A DNA stretch of 64,000 bases from Octopus sinensis (taxonomy: Eukaryota). A model generated the notes under the pieces. The model saw nothing but the letters and a program-made list of their open reading frames with translations, did no database searches and was not told the origin of the DNA. Position numbers and translations under genes: made by a program. Within the stretch, counting starts at the first letter, position 1. Every line of letters starts with the position of its first letter. The stretch is taken from NCBI RefSeq assembly GCF_006345805.1, contig NC_043000.1, positions 11,780,001-11,844,000 of the forward strand, given 5' to 3'. Positions 37,099 through 48,886 of the stretch are shown one piece after another.

Positions 37099-37495
37099 CA
37101 CCTCGAATGGCTTCTGTGCCGGTGGCACATAAAAAGCACTATCCGAACATGGTTGATGCCAGCCCCGCCTCGACTGGCTTCTGTGCCGGTGGCACATAAA
37201 AAGCACCATCCGAACGTGGCCGATGCCAGCACCGCCTCGACTGGCTTCTGTGCCGGTGGCACATAAAAAGCACCAACCGATCGTGGCCGATGCCAGACCC
37301 CTCTGGCACCTGTGCAGGTGGCACGTAAAAAGCACCCACTACACTCGCGGAGTGGTTGGCATTAGGAAGGGCATCCAGCTGTAGAAACACTGCCAGATCA
37401 GACTGGAGCCTGGAGCAGACCCTGGCTCTCCAGACCCCGGTCGAACCGTCCAACCCGTGCTAGCGTGGAAAACGGACGTTTAAACGATGATGATG

Positions 37496-37497
<2 letters not shown>
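37099..37497 (+). mobile_element. Element D with three ~60-bp 5' tandem units
   Basis: ggcttctgtgccggtggcacataaaaagcac... x3, then the same body and (GAT)n tail as 36519. Confidence 0.85.
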
Positions 37498-37526
<29 letters not shown>

Positions 37527-38569
37527 GTTATTGCCTTATTTAAGTTATTTCCCTTGGTTGATTATAGTCCCTTTCTTGTGTTTGAGGGCTGTGGGGAGCT
37601 CAGATACATTCGTAACCATCGGAGTCCTCCTTTTCAAATCCCTTGATGCCATCGCTCCATTTTCGTCTTCGGCGCCCAAGAATATGTTTTCAGTCCATCC
37701 AGCCCCTTGAAGGTGTAAAGATGAGGGTCCTGGGTCCTGATAGCATGACAAAAGTATTGTAGTATTTGCTGTGTGACCACTGTCACAAGATTTCGGTCTG
37801 CTTCCATCTTGTACCTTCATAACCTTTTTTCTAAATGTGAACATTTTTAGCAACTTATTAAAGCTGCTTTGAGTTCATAATATTGTGCCAATGAGGTTAA
37901 ATAAACCGAAACATATACGTAGCTGTCTCATTGCTAAGAAAATTCAGACTGACTACTTATTTTCATGAAATTATCTCCCCTTGTCTTTGAGAGTCGCTAA
38001 TAATAATTTTTACCGCTAGGTTTTTGCTGTCTTTCTCCAACTAGGTGAGATATTTAAATTAATTGAGAATGTTTTGCGTACATGTAAGTAGATTACTTTC
38101 TAACTAATTTATGTAGGTGGAGAATAGGATATATAACAGGAAGTGTGTAATATGTGAGAGAGAGAAGGGGGAGAAGGAGAGGGGGAAAGAGAGAGACTGA
38201 TAACCTGAGATAAAGATAGAGATAGAAATACAGTATGTGTAATACAGATGATAGTGAGAAACAGAGAGAGAAAAGAGAAGAAGAAGAGAGAGAGAGAGAG
38301 TGTGTGGTGTGTGTGTGTGTGTAATAGGGAAGAAAGGAATATATAACACAGGTGGATCATATAAAACTGAGAGAGAGAGAGAGAGCAAGAGGACAGGGAA
38401 AGTGTGTGTGTGTGTTTGTGTGTATGTGTAATATAAGAGAGAAAATGAGAGTGTATGTGTATGTGATAGTCATAAAATAGTGAGGAAACAGAAAGAGTGT
38501 TGATATAAAGCAGAGGCTAATATAGCTGGTAAAGATATATATACAAAGATAGATATAGATAGATAATAT

Positions 38570-38619
<50 letters not shown>

Positions 38620-38622
38620 GAA

Positions 38623-38812
38623 GAGGCGGCGATGGCAGAAACTTAGCACGCCGGGCGAAATTCTTAGCCGTATTTCGTCTGGCCCTACGTTCGAGTTCAA
38701 ATTCCGCCGAGGTCGACTTTGCCTTTCATCCTTTCGAGGTCGATAAATTAAGTAACCAATTTACGCACTGGGGTCGATATAATCGACCTAAACCGTCTGT
38801 CTGTCCTTTGTT
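38623..38812 (+). mobile_element. SINE-B1 truncated by assembly gap
   Basis: Consensus match up to the N run. Confidence 0.9.
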
Positions 38813-38912
38813 NNNNNNNNNNNNNNNNNNNNNNNNNNNNNNNNNNNNNNNNNNNNNNNNNNNNNNNNNNNNNNNNNNNNNNNNNNNNNNNNNNNNNNNN
38901 NNNNNNNNNNNN
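38813..38912. other. Assembly gap (100 N)
   Basis: Direct reading; true size unknown. Confidence 1.
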
Positions 38913-39567
38913 TTTCAATTTTTCTATTTTGTAGACAATATGTTTTGAAAATTATTGTTTTTTTTTGCTTTTCTTCCTGTAATAACTTTTGCGGAGGTTC
39001 AATTTTCACACTGTTGTCGTTATTTCCATCCATCATTTTGCTGTATTTCATAATTTCGCTTTTATTCGTCGACAGTATCTGGGTTCCCCCCCCAGCAGCC
39101 AACGCAAAACTTTTTTTTCCATTTTTTGGTTCTATCTGGATGCTAGGCACATCAATTATTCTCTTCGACACAATGCCTTTGTTCTCTGGCAAAGTCGGAA
39201 ACTCTTCTGGTGAAAGTTCTGACGAGCTCTCAGACACATCTCCAAAAATATCAAATATATTATCCTCTCTGCTATTCCTTCTTGTAGCGGGGGAAACCCC
39301 TATTTCCTTGTCTGTAGTTGGCTCCTCGCCGGACATGTATTTCCTCCTCTCAACAGGAGAAACAAGTATTTCTGCTCCAACGGTAGGCTCCATGCTAGAC
39401 GACATTCTTCCCCCAAAGGGGGAATGAACAACGCGTGCTACCACAAGCACTAAGTGTTTTCAATTGAAAACTCCAACAGTTAAGTTATTCAACAGTTTAA
39501 CAAGAAACAACAGTTGTTAACAATATTAACACCACGAAACAGCAATTCTTACTTCACGAACACATGT
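38913..39567 (-). mobile_element. 5' end of a non-LTR retrotransposon: 5' UTR + ORF1 (L1/Tx1- or I-group-like), runs into the gap
   Basis: Open for ~165 codons from the ATG at 39405; S/E-rich with EEFPTLP and KSFALAA motifs typical of LINE ORF1 N-termini. Confidence 0.55.
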
Positions 39568-39689
39568 GCGACAGACTAAATACCGCTAAGCATTTCGTCC
39601 GGCGTGCTAACGTTTCCGCCAGCTCTCCGCCTTCCTGCTAAACTGAACGTCTGGTATTAACTTCGTATCGGTCAGTCTGTGCTCTGATG

Positions 39690-40345
39690 ACCTTGTCAGG
39701 GCGCTGTCTGTATCATCCTAACTAAGAACCGTCTTTTACTCTGCCAGGATCAATACATCCCTCTTTCAATTTAATCTACAGTTTGTGTCGTCTTTTATAC
39801 CTTTCCTGTGCAGGTTCGTTGTTGTTTAGATAGTGTCATGCATTGATCGAACCACAACGGAGATGCCAAAGAATCCCTGTCTCCAAAGTTCAGGCCATCT
39901 GATCTTTCTCCTTGGCAGGTCACATTTCCTCCAGACCCCTTAAGACCCTAATTCCAAGGCCTTAGACCTTCGTCCTTTCTGCGCCAAATGTCTTACCTCA
40001 ACTTGGATCATGTTTCTCTTCCTGCTTTCCCCCATAACTGGAATTAAGTGGAACTCATCTCTCTCTCTCTCTCTCACATCAGTTGGGAACATCAATGACG
40101 TTCCCTAGCTTGCTTTCTGCCTGTGTCCTTACTTTCTCGGTTGCTCCCATGTGTCCAGATCTTGTAGTTACATCTGCGTTTCTGATTTTTATATCATTGG
40201 TGTCTATATACCAGGATTTTGCCGCCTTGAATTCTTCGAACTCTAATGAAATGAGTAGCTACAACTGCCCTAATCTTATGTATACTAACATGAAGCTGGG
40301 TGGAATTCAAACTACCAGCGAAGCTGTTTGTTCTTTCGTCTCCTA
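39690..40345 (-). pseudogene. Decayed HERO-like (RLE-group) LINE fragment
   Basis: EEFKAAK, DIKIRNADVTTRSG, AESKL, RNMIQVEVR, ELGS*GVW, KIRWPELW, RSMHDT..NL; matches recalled HERO post-RT motifs. Confidence 0.6.
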
Positions 40346-40392
40346 ATTCTTTTCCCAGGTGTCATAGGTACTTCATAGATCATCAGTAGCTA

Positions 40393-40996
40393 CGACGGGG
40401 TGATGAAAAGTTCCTGGTTTTGGTTAAAAGAAAATACCGAAGGATGAGTTTTTCTCTCTTTCTCTTTTTTCTCTTTTACTTGTTTCAGTCATTTGACTGC
40501 GGCCATGCTGGAGCACCGCATTTAGTCGAGCAAATCGAGCCCAGGACTTATTCTTTGTAAGCCCAGTACTTATTCTATCGGTCTATTTTGCCGAACCGCT
40601 AAGTTACGGGGACGTAAACACACCAGCATCGGTTGTCAAGTGATGTTGGGGGGACAAACAAAGACACAAATACACACACACACACACGTCTACCGAATCC
40701 ACTCACAAGGCTTTGGTCGGCCCGAGGCTACAGTAGAAGACACTTGCCCATGGTGCCACGCAGTGGGACTGAACCCGGAACCATGTGGTTGGTAAGCAAG
40801 CTACTTACCACACACCCACTCCTGCGCCTGAGTTGATTATGATTTTAGTCAATATATTCCTCTCTCAGATTCACACACTTATTGCAGCGGCCCTTCAGTT
40901 TTTCTAGGTCCTGTAAAAGAACTCAGAAGGTTTGGCCCCCCTCAGCCAAGCGTTTCGCGATACTCTTAAAGCCAGGAACTTTTCAGCACTCCTTCG
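40393..40996. mobile_element. mariner-type MITE with nested SINE-A (40451-40828, minus)
   Basis: TIR cgacggggtgatgaaaagttcctgg / ccaggaacttttcagcactccttcg, TA both sides; SINE TSD tgagtt at 40445-50 and 40829-34. Confidence 0.85.
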
Positions 40997-41351
40997 TACA
41001 TGAGTATCCAGCAGGAGCCCATCCAGGTAAAGCCAGACCTCGAGCTTGCCTGGCAAACCCTCTATCTCTCAACTAGTAATCTGCTTTTTCTTTTTTTATC
41101 TCCGTCCTTGAAAAACTGCTTCTGTCTGTAAAGAAGGCATCAAACCATTTCCTTGAATTCTCCTTTCTGAATGGCATAGCATCATTCTGAATTTGAAACC
41201 GAAACTTTCTGAACGTTTTTTCCACTGATGATAACCAAGATTCTTGGCTTACTTCATCCTGAACCATGCTGTCACGTCACCAAATAAGTACCTTTAGGTT
41301 TCACCTTGCTCGTCCGTTACATGTATATAATATGTATGTATGCGAATGTAT

Positions 41352-41385
41352 TAGGTTGTCCGGAAAGTTCGTGCCGATTCATAGT
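41352..41385 (+). mobile_element. Solo mariner-type TIR
   Basis: ta-ttaggttgtccggaaagttcgtgccgatt. Confidence 0.55.
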
Positions 41386-41577
41386 AGCTTACCTTTCAAC
41401 TTATGTATATGTGTAAATATGTATATGTATGATGTATGTATGTATATATATGTAATTTAATAAATAAAATATATGCTTACATACATACATACATATATGT
41501 ACGTACCTACATCTACATGTATATATACATGCATATATATATATATTAAAAAAAAAGATGTGTAACACGAGTTGTGA

Positions 41578-41783
41578 TATATAAAAAAGGAAATGAAGAA
41601 AATGGTGACAAAATAATTTAAGTAATTTAATTAGGTGAAAGTTCTTTTTACCGGTTGCGCATTTGTTATGCTTATCAAAAGTTTTTTCCTCTTATCTGAC
41701 TTTATGTTGGGTTTGAAACTTTCACCTAATTAAATTACTTAAATTACTTAAATTATTTTGTCAGCATTTTCTTCATTTCCTTT

Positions 41784-41789
<6 letters not shown>
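41578..41789. mobile_element. Foldback element, ~65-bp arms, next to (TA)n
   Basis: 41578-41643 vs 41717-41789 inverted; right arm has a 9-bp tandem duplication. Confidence 0.8.
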
Positions 41790-41879
<90 letters not shown>

Positions 41880-41881
<2 letters not shown>

Positions 41882-42050
41882 TACAGGACACCACAAATAG
41901 ACGTAGAACTCCGCGAGAAACGAAAACATAAAAACATGGAAACGGAATTTTTTTAACAACGAAAAAACAGAGCACAAGACAAACAACACAAGGAACATTC
42001 CCCTTCATCAGCTGTCCCCGGTTCGACTCCATGCGTGTTTCGAAGGTATA
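41880..42050 (-). mobile_element. Family F relative (partial)
   Basis: Minus strand ccttcgaaac...ggacagctgatgaagggg. Confidence 0.6.
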
Positions 42051-42139
42051 TATGTATGTATTTGTATATATATGTATATGTATGTATGTATGTATATATA
42101 TATGTATGTATGTATTTGTATTATATATGTATATGTATG

Positions 42140-42198
<59 letters not shown>

Positions 42199-42799
42199 AC
42201 ACACACACACACACACACACACAAAGATAAATTGATAGATACAACTGAGTGGGCAAACAAAAATATGAGACACTGCGTAGTGCTTTTTTATATTTTGATA
42301 AGCCTGGTACTTATTCTATCAGTTTCTTCTTGTGAAGCCAGTAAGTTATGGGGATGTAAATAAACGAACACCATTTGTGAAGCAGTGATGAGGGAGAAAC
42401 ACAAAGACACACACATAGACTTACATATATACATACATATACATACAATTGATGTCTTTCAGTTTCTGTCTACAAAATCCAAAAGGCTTTGGTTGCTCTG
42501 AAGCTATAGCAGAAGACACATGCCAAGTTACCACATAGTGGGACTGAACTGAGGACCATGTGTTTTGGAACCAAGTTTGTTACCACACAGTCACACCTGC
42601 ACCTATGTATGTGTGTGTAGGGTGTGTGTGTGTGGGAGGGTGTATGGGTGTATATATGCATGCATGTATATATGTGTATATATATGTGTACATATTACAT
42701 GTACATCTATATATATATATACCTCTAGACATACATGTATACATATACATGTATATCTATAGAAATACAGCTATACATATACATGTATACATATTACAC

Positions 42800-42920
42800 T
42801 ACATGGACCCTAAGTAAGGCATGTGTAAAATTTGAATAAAATTGGTTGTGTAGTTCTCAAGTTTTAGGGATTTACACAGACAGACAGACAGACACAAATT
42901 CTCAGTTTTATATATATATA
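42800..42920 (+). mobile_element. Helitron-like (HINE-type) 3' end, family G
   Basis: ccctaagtaaggcatgtgtaaaatttgaa...gttctcaagttttaggg...(caga)n...ttctcagttttatatata. Confidence 0.65.
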
Positions 42921-43249
42921 TATACACACACATATATACATATTCGTATGAGTGTGTGTGTATGTATGTGTGTCTACACGTCCCGACCCCTCACTTCTTG
43001 ACAGGAAAGATGAGCAGTATTAGATTTTTTATCTCCCCCAAATTTAGCACTTTGGCAACAGAGACAATAGAATAGGTACCAGACTTTAAAAATAAGTGTT
43101 GGAATTAATTTGTTTAACTAAAACCCTCCCAAGAGATGCTCCAACATGGCCACAGTCTAATGACTAAAACAAGCAAATGATAAAAAATATAATAAATAAT
43201 AATACTGTGTTTTGAATGGCACAACAATGCACTATAATAATAATAACAA

Positions 43250-44710
43250 TGCTTGCGTCAGCCAGCAAGCCAAGGCCGGGCCAGCCAGGTATTCAAATCT
43301 GTGGCAGCCAGCCAGCCAGCCAGTGCTAGGCCAGCCACGAAGTCAAGGCCGGGCCAGTCAGGCAGCCAAGACTCGGCCAGCCAGCAAACCAAACCAAGGA
43401 CCAGCCAGGTATCGAAAACCGGCCCAGCCAGCCAGTTTAGGCCAGTTTCCAGCCAGCAAGCCAAAGTCGGGCCAGCCAGGTATCCAAATCTGGGCCAGCC
43501 TGCCAGCCAAGGTCGGGCCAGCCAACCAGCCAGCCCAAGGCCGGGCCAGCCAGGCAGCCAAGACCAGCAAGCCAAGACAAGGACCAGCCAGGTATCGAAA
43601 ACCGAGCCAGCCAGCCAGCCAAGGCCAGTTTCCAGCCAGCAAGCCAAGGTCGGGCCTGCCAGGTATAGAAAACTGGGCCAGCCAGCCAACCAAGGCCGGG
43701 CCAGCAAACCAGCCTAGGCAAGTTTCCAGCCCGCAAACCAAGCCAAAGACCAGCCAGGTATCGAAAACCTAGCCAGGCAGCCAGCCTAGGCCAGTTTCCA
43801 GCCAGCAAAAGGCCGGGCAAGCCAGGTATCCCAAACTGGGCCAGCCAGCCAACATAGGCCTGGCCAGCCAGCAAGCCAAGGCCGGGCCAGCCAGAAAGCC
43901 AAGAACCGGGCCAGCCAGCCAGCCTAGGCAAGTTTTAAGCCAGCAAGCCAAGCCCAGGACCAGCCAGGTATCCAAAACTGGGCCAGCCAGCCAACTTAGG
44001 CCAGCCAGGTATCGAAAACCAGGCCAGCCAGCCAGCCTAGGCCAGTTTCAGCCAGCAAGCCAAGGCCGGGCCAGCCAGGTATCCAAGACTGGGCCAGTCT
44101 GCCGCCCAGGCCAGGCCAGCCAGCAAGGCAGTCAAGAACCTGGCCAGCCAGCCAGCCTAGGCAAGTTTCAAGCCATCAAGCCAAGCCAAGGACCAGCCAG
44201 GTATAGAAAACCGAGCAAACCAGCCAGCTTAGGCCAGTTTCCAGCCAGCAAGCCAAATTCGGGCCAGCCAGCCAACCTAGGCCAGTCCAGCCAGCAAGCC
44301 AAGGCCGGGTCAGCCAGTTTTCCCAAACTGGGCCAGCCAGCCAGCAAACCAAGAACCGGGCCAGCCAGCCAGCCTAGGCAAGTTGCAAGCCAGCAAGCCA
44401 AGACAAGGACCAGCCAGGTATCGAAAACCGAGCCAGCCAGCCAGCCAGCTTAGGCCAGTTTCCAGCCAGCAAGCCAAGGTCGGGCCAGCCAGCCAACCTA
44501 GGCCAACCCAGCCAGCAAGCCAAGGCCGGGCCAGCCAGTTATCCAAAACTGGGCCAGCCAGCCAGCCAGCAATCCAAGGCCAGCCAGCCAGTAATCCAAA
44601 ACTGGGCCAGCCAGCCAGCCAAAGCCAGGCCAGCCAAGGTCAGGCCAGCCAGCCAGCCAGCGAGCAAGCCAAGGCTGGGCCAGCCAGGCAGCCAGGCAGC
44701 CAGCCAGGCA

Positions 44711-44742
<32 letters not shown>

Positions 44743-44868
44743 AGACAAGTTTCCAGCCATCAAGCCAAGCCTAGGACCAGCCAGGTATCCAAAACCGGAC
44801 CAGCCAGCCAACCAAGGCAAGGCCAGCCAGCAAGCGAAGGCCGAGCAAGCCAAACAGCCAAGACCCGA

Positions 44869-44907
<39 letters not shown>

Positions 44908-45060
44908 AGGCCAGTTTCCAGCCAGCAAACCAAGGCAGGGCCAGCTAGCCAGCCAAGGCCAGGCCAGCCAGCAAGCCAAGGCCGGGCCAGCCAGCAAGCC
45001 AAGGCCGGGCCAGCCAGCAAGCCAAGGCCGGGCCAGCCAGCCAGCTAAGACCAGGCCATC
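43250..45060. repeat. CCAG-based GC-rich complex minisatellite (~1.8 kb)
   Basis: (ccag)n backbone with recurring blocks ggaccagccaggtatcgaaaacc and taggccagtttccagccagcaagcc; irregular ~170-230-bp higher-order period. Confidence 0.95.
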
Positions 45061-45069
45061 CATATATAT

Positions 45070-45312
45070 ACAATAGAGAGATGCTTGAAATAGTGGAGAT
45101 GTGATATTGCTGTGGGCTCGCCCGAGGCAAGAAGTTAAACATTTTTTGCCCATGACACTCCTCGTACCCTAAGTAAGGCATGTGTAAAGTTTGAATGAAA
45201 TTGGCTGTGTTGTTCTCAAGTTTTAGGGATTCACACAGACAGACAGACAGACAGACAGAAACACAGACAGACAGATAGACAGACAGACATTCTCATATAT
45301 ATATATATATAT
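45070..45312 (+). mobile_element. Helitron-like element, family G
   Basis: Same 3' block as 42800-42920 with a longer (caga)n. Confidence 0.65.
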
Positions 45313-45804
45313 AGAACTATGATGAAAGAAGAATGATATGGCTGTACTCTATCTTGCCGCTTTATAAAAGAAAAAGGAGGATGTGGAAGAAGCCCAAAGA
45401 GATTTATTGATATTTAGAGTGGGTAAGGGGCTAAGCTAGCAGAATCGTTAGCATGCCGAGCGAAATGCTGAGCGCATTTCGTCCGTCTTTATGTTCTGAG
45501 TTCAAATTCCGCCGGGGTTGACTTTGTCCCTCATCCTTTGGAAAGGGGGGAAGTCGATAAAATAAGTACTAGTTGAACACTTAGATCAATTTAATCGACT
45601 TAGCTCTTCCCACCAAATTGCTGACCCTGTGCCCAAATTTGAAACTGGTATTTAGGGAGGGGGTGATAATTATTAGTTTGAGAATCGGTGTCCTTATTGG
45701 AGGCCCATGAAGGTCATTCTTTCACCTCAACCATTCTAATCAACTACGAACATTTCAGAGTGTTTGGGTGTCAAGCTGAGGATATGTACTGAACTGAGTG
45801 TGAT

Positions 45805-45970
45805 GAAAAATCAAACATCCAGTCAACATCATGGTGTTTGAAGTGATCACTAGTAATGGCGATGTTATGCCTCAAATCATCTTCCCACACGACCTCAGAC
45901 TCAACACGGAAAGCGTGGTTGCTGGAAGATTCTGTGTCTGACAACAGGACTCTGCACCATGCCACACAAT
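45805..45970 (+). pseudogene. maT/DD37D transposase fragment
   Basis: VMKIKHPVNIMVFEVITSNGDVMP..FPHDLRLN ... QQDSAPCHT. Confidence 0.75.
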
Positions 45971-45999
45971 GTATCAGTTCTACGAAAAGTGTTCACATA

Positions 46000-46403
46000 G
46001 GCGCAGGAGTGGCTGTGTGGTAAGTAGCTTGCTAACCAACCACATGGTTCCGGGTTCAGTCCCACTGCGTGGCATCTTGGGCAAGTGTCTTCTGCTATAG
46101 TCTCGGGCCGACCAAAGCCTTGTGAGTGGATTTGGTAGACGGAAACTGAAAGAAGCCTGTCGTATATATGTATATATATATATGTATGTGTGTATGTTTG
46201 TGTGTCTGTGTTTGTTCCCCTAGCATTGCTTGACCGATGCTGGTGTGTTTACGTCCCCGTTACCTAGCGGTTCGGCAAAAGAGACCGATAGAATAAGTAC
46301 TGGGCTTACAAAGAATAAGTCCCGGGGTCGATTTGCTCGACTAAAGGCGGTGCTCCAGCATGGCCGCAGTCAAATGACTGAAACAAGTAAAAGAGTAAAG
46401 AGT
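46000..46403 (+). mobile_element. SINE-A, full length
   Basis: Consensus match. Confidence 0.95.
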
Positions 46404-46429
46404 ATATGACTCACCTCTTTTCTCAGGCT

Positions 46430-46560
46430 AATGTCTCTGAAAATAATCTCTACTTCTACGCTGATTATCCAACGTTATTAGCACCAGTAAAACCGCTAAC
46501 TTAAATAATGACCTTGCAAATATGAAAGCGTGAGTAGATTATTCGTGGCACCGACGGCAA
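46430..46560 (+). pseudogene. Small LINE RT fragment (YADD region)
   Basis: NNLYFYADYPTL ... LNNDLANMKA*. Confidence 0.45.
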
Positions 46561-46693
46561 GTTTAACTTTTTTTTTATCATAGACTCGATTTGACTAATG
46601 TCTCTAGCGCAATGGGACCAAACCCGAAACGACGTAGTTGTAAAGAGAGCTTCTAAACCACACAACCAGATTAAATATAATGTTGTCAATATA

Positions 46694-47035
46694 GGCGCAG
46701 GAGTGGCTGTGTGGTAAGAAACTTGCTTCCCAACTTGCTTCCCCTTGCTTCCCAAAAGGCGGCGAACTGGCAGAACCGTTAGCACGCCGGGCGAAATGCT
46801 TTGCAGTATTTCGTCTGGCGCTACGTTCTGAGTTCAAATTCCGCCGAGGTCGACTTTGCCTTTCATCCTTTCGGGGTCGATGAAATAAGTACCAGTTACG
46901 CACTGGGGTCGATATAATCGACTTAATCCGTCTGTCTGTCCTTGTTTGTCCCCTCTATGTTTAGCCCCTTGTGGGCAATAAAGAAATAAGAAACTTGCTT
47001 CCCAATCATGTGGCCCCGGGTTCAGTCCCACTGCG
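46694..47035 (+). mobile_element. SINE-A head with nested full SINE-B1 (46758-46986)
   Basis: 19-bp TSD taagaaacttgcttcccaa at 46715-33 and 46987-47005, plus two extra cttgcttccc copies at the 5' junction. Confidence 0.9.
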
Positions 47036-48367
47036 TGTTTTGTTTTATGTAAGCTCGTCCTCCTCGTGTTCATAATATTTTTTCTATTGTCTTGGCTTAA
47101 CAGCCTTCACCGTTTGTTTTTACTGTTTTGTTCTCACTGTCCTGTTTTTGTTACCACTTTCACCCTCCGCAAAAACTCCCAAATTTTATTTAATTTGCTT
47201 TGCGGGAAGGACTATTTCAACGAAGTCGCGTATTATCCTTGCCCATATATGTCAACTCGACATATATGGGATCATATATTTTCCGTAAAATTCTTTTAAT
47301 TTATTCATACTTTGAAGAGAGCAGAAATTGAAAGAGAGGATAAAGTGAAGAGGCGACATTTGCTTTGGAGTGAGAGGTAAAAGTGAAAGATGTACGTGTA
47401 TATGAAATGGACGTGTGTGTGTGAGAGAGGGAGAGAGTGAGTGAGTGAGTGAGTGAAGGTGTGTGTTGTGATGTATGAATTTTTTGCATGCATGTGTAAG
47501 TGTCACTCACCCGCTCTTGCTCTCTCTCTTTCTCACTCTCTCTCACACACACACATACACATCTTTTATATACACGTACATAAATAGGCGGAGGTAAAGA
47601 ATACGTACACCATCCGTTTTCGGCGTAACCCTAACCCTATACACCGGGTGTGCGTATTCTTTACCTTCGGCCATAAATACATATGCCATGCATCTTTTTT
47701 GTGCGAGAGAGAGAGAAAGAAATACAGAGTGACGGTATTTCCTCATAACATATAGAGGAATTGATGTCTTTTAATGCAATTCTTTTGTTTCTGGCTTATT
47801 TTAAAACAATATTTATGTGTATAATTTTATAAAGGTTTGTCTGAGTAGAATTTTTGTTTTAAAGAGAGGAGAAAGTGAAAAATGTATGAACGTGTATATG
47901 AAATGGACGTGTGTGTGTGTGTGAGAGAGAGTGCCACTTACACATACATGAGAATGCACACGTTCACTCACTCACTCACGCACTCTCTCTTTTACACACA
48001 CACACACACACACACATACGCACATGTACATACAAAAAAGATGTATGCATATGTATTGATGTATGTACGTATACATGACAACACACCCCTTCACTCACTC
48101 TCATTCTCCCTTCCTCTCTCTCTTTCTCTCTTCCTCCGCCCCTCTCTCTCTCACACACACCTCCATTTCATATACACGTATATACATATTTCATTTTCTT
48201 CTCTCTTTCACTTTAAAACAAAAGTAAATAAATAAAAAAAATTACGGAAATTAACGAACGCACGTGACAGCTCTGCAAGTCAAAACGAAAGATCGCCTAA
48301 GCAACTTTTTTTTTATTATAATACAGATGTGACTAATTCAGTGAAACATTACTTTCATTCTTTACAC

Positions 48368-48886
48368 TACTATGGCAATCCCTCAAGGTCGAGGATGATG
48401 GTCTTCGCGCAAATTTATTGGTGAGTCCGCAGGTGACTGATAAGACCAATTCTTGCTCGAAAAGATCGGTCACAGTGCGGACATCTAGTGCCGGAAGGGA
48501 GAGTCGCACGTGGTTGTTGTTGGCGCTCCTTCCGTCGTCGTCTTTTCTCCTCCAGCTCTGCAGACCTTTTCGACTCGAAAGTCGCCGTTCCCTCATGGAT
48601 GGTGGTTTTCCAGAGTGGTCTGTTTTTTGCCGTTTCCTCCCAGTTGGTGAAGTCAATGTCACACTTTTTGAGGTTCGATTTCAGTGAGTCCTTGTAGCGT
48701 TTCTTCTGGCCTCCTTTTGTACGCTTGCCGTCTTTGAGTTGGGAGTAGAAGATCTGTTTGGGAAGTCGTTCGTCAGTCATTCTAACCACGTGGCCGCTCC
48801 ATCTTAGTTGGCCTTTGATGACATAGGCTTCGATGCTGGTCATTTTTGCTTCTTGTAGCACGCTGACGTTAGTTCTTCTGTCGTAG
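48368..48886 (-). mobile_element. RTE-clade LINE, 5'-truncated 3' end, ORF uninterrupted
   Basis: DRRTNVSVL..SIEA..QLRWSGHVVRM.DERLPKQI..GKR..GGQKKRYKD..CPHC-x12-H-x3-H*; 3' stem-loop cctc-gacctt-gagg. Confidence 0.95.

Noticed and set aside
37099-37330. Repeat-spacer look (CRISPR-like)
   Set aside because: The inter-repeat parts are homologous to each other, not unique spacers; eukaryotic retroposon context; no cas genes.
37545-37853. 102-aa minus ORF as a host exon
   Set aside because: No recognisable domain; another frame shows GRRRRKWSDGIK resembling a decayed LINE C-terminus, too weak to annotate.
38623-39567. Treating the B1 copy left of the gap as the continuation of the B head at 39568
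   Set aside because: Opposite orientation and it has its own head; the gap size is unknown.
41073-41267. Mariner transposase C-terminus (WFDAFF..FFKDG)
   Set aside because: Only vague motif similarity across a frameshift; not enough to call.
43212-45181. PASQ/ARPWLAG-rich ORFs up to 221 aa resembling a repetitive structural protein
   Set aside because: Open in multiple frames on both strands because the CCAG satellite lacks stop codons; frames shift along the array.
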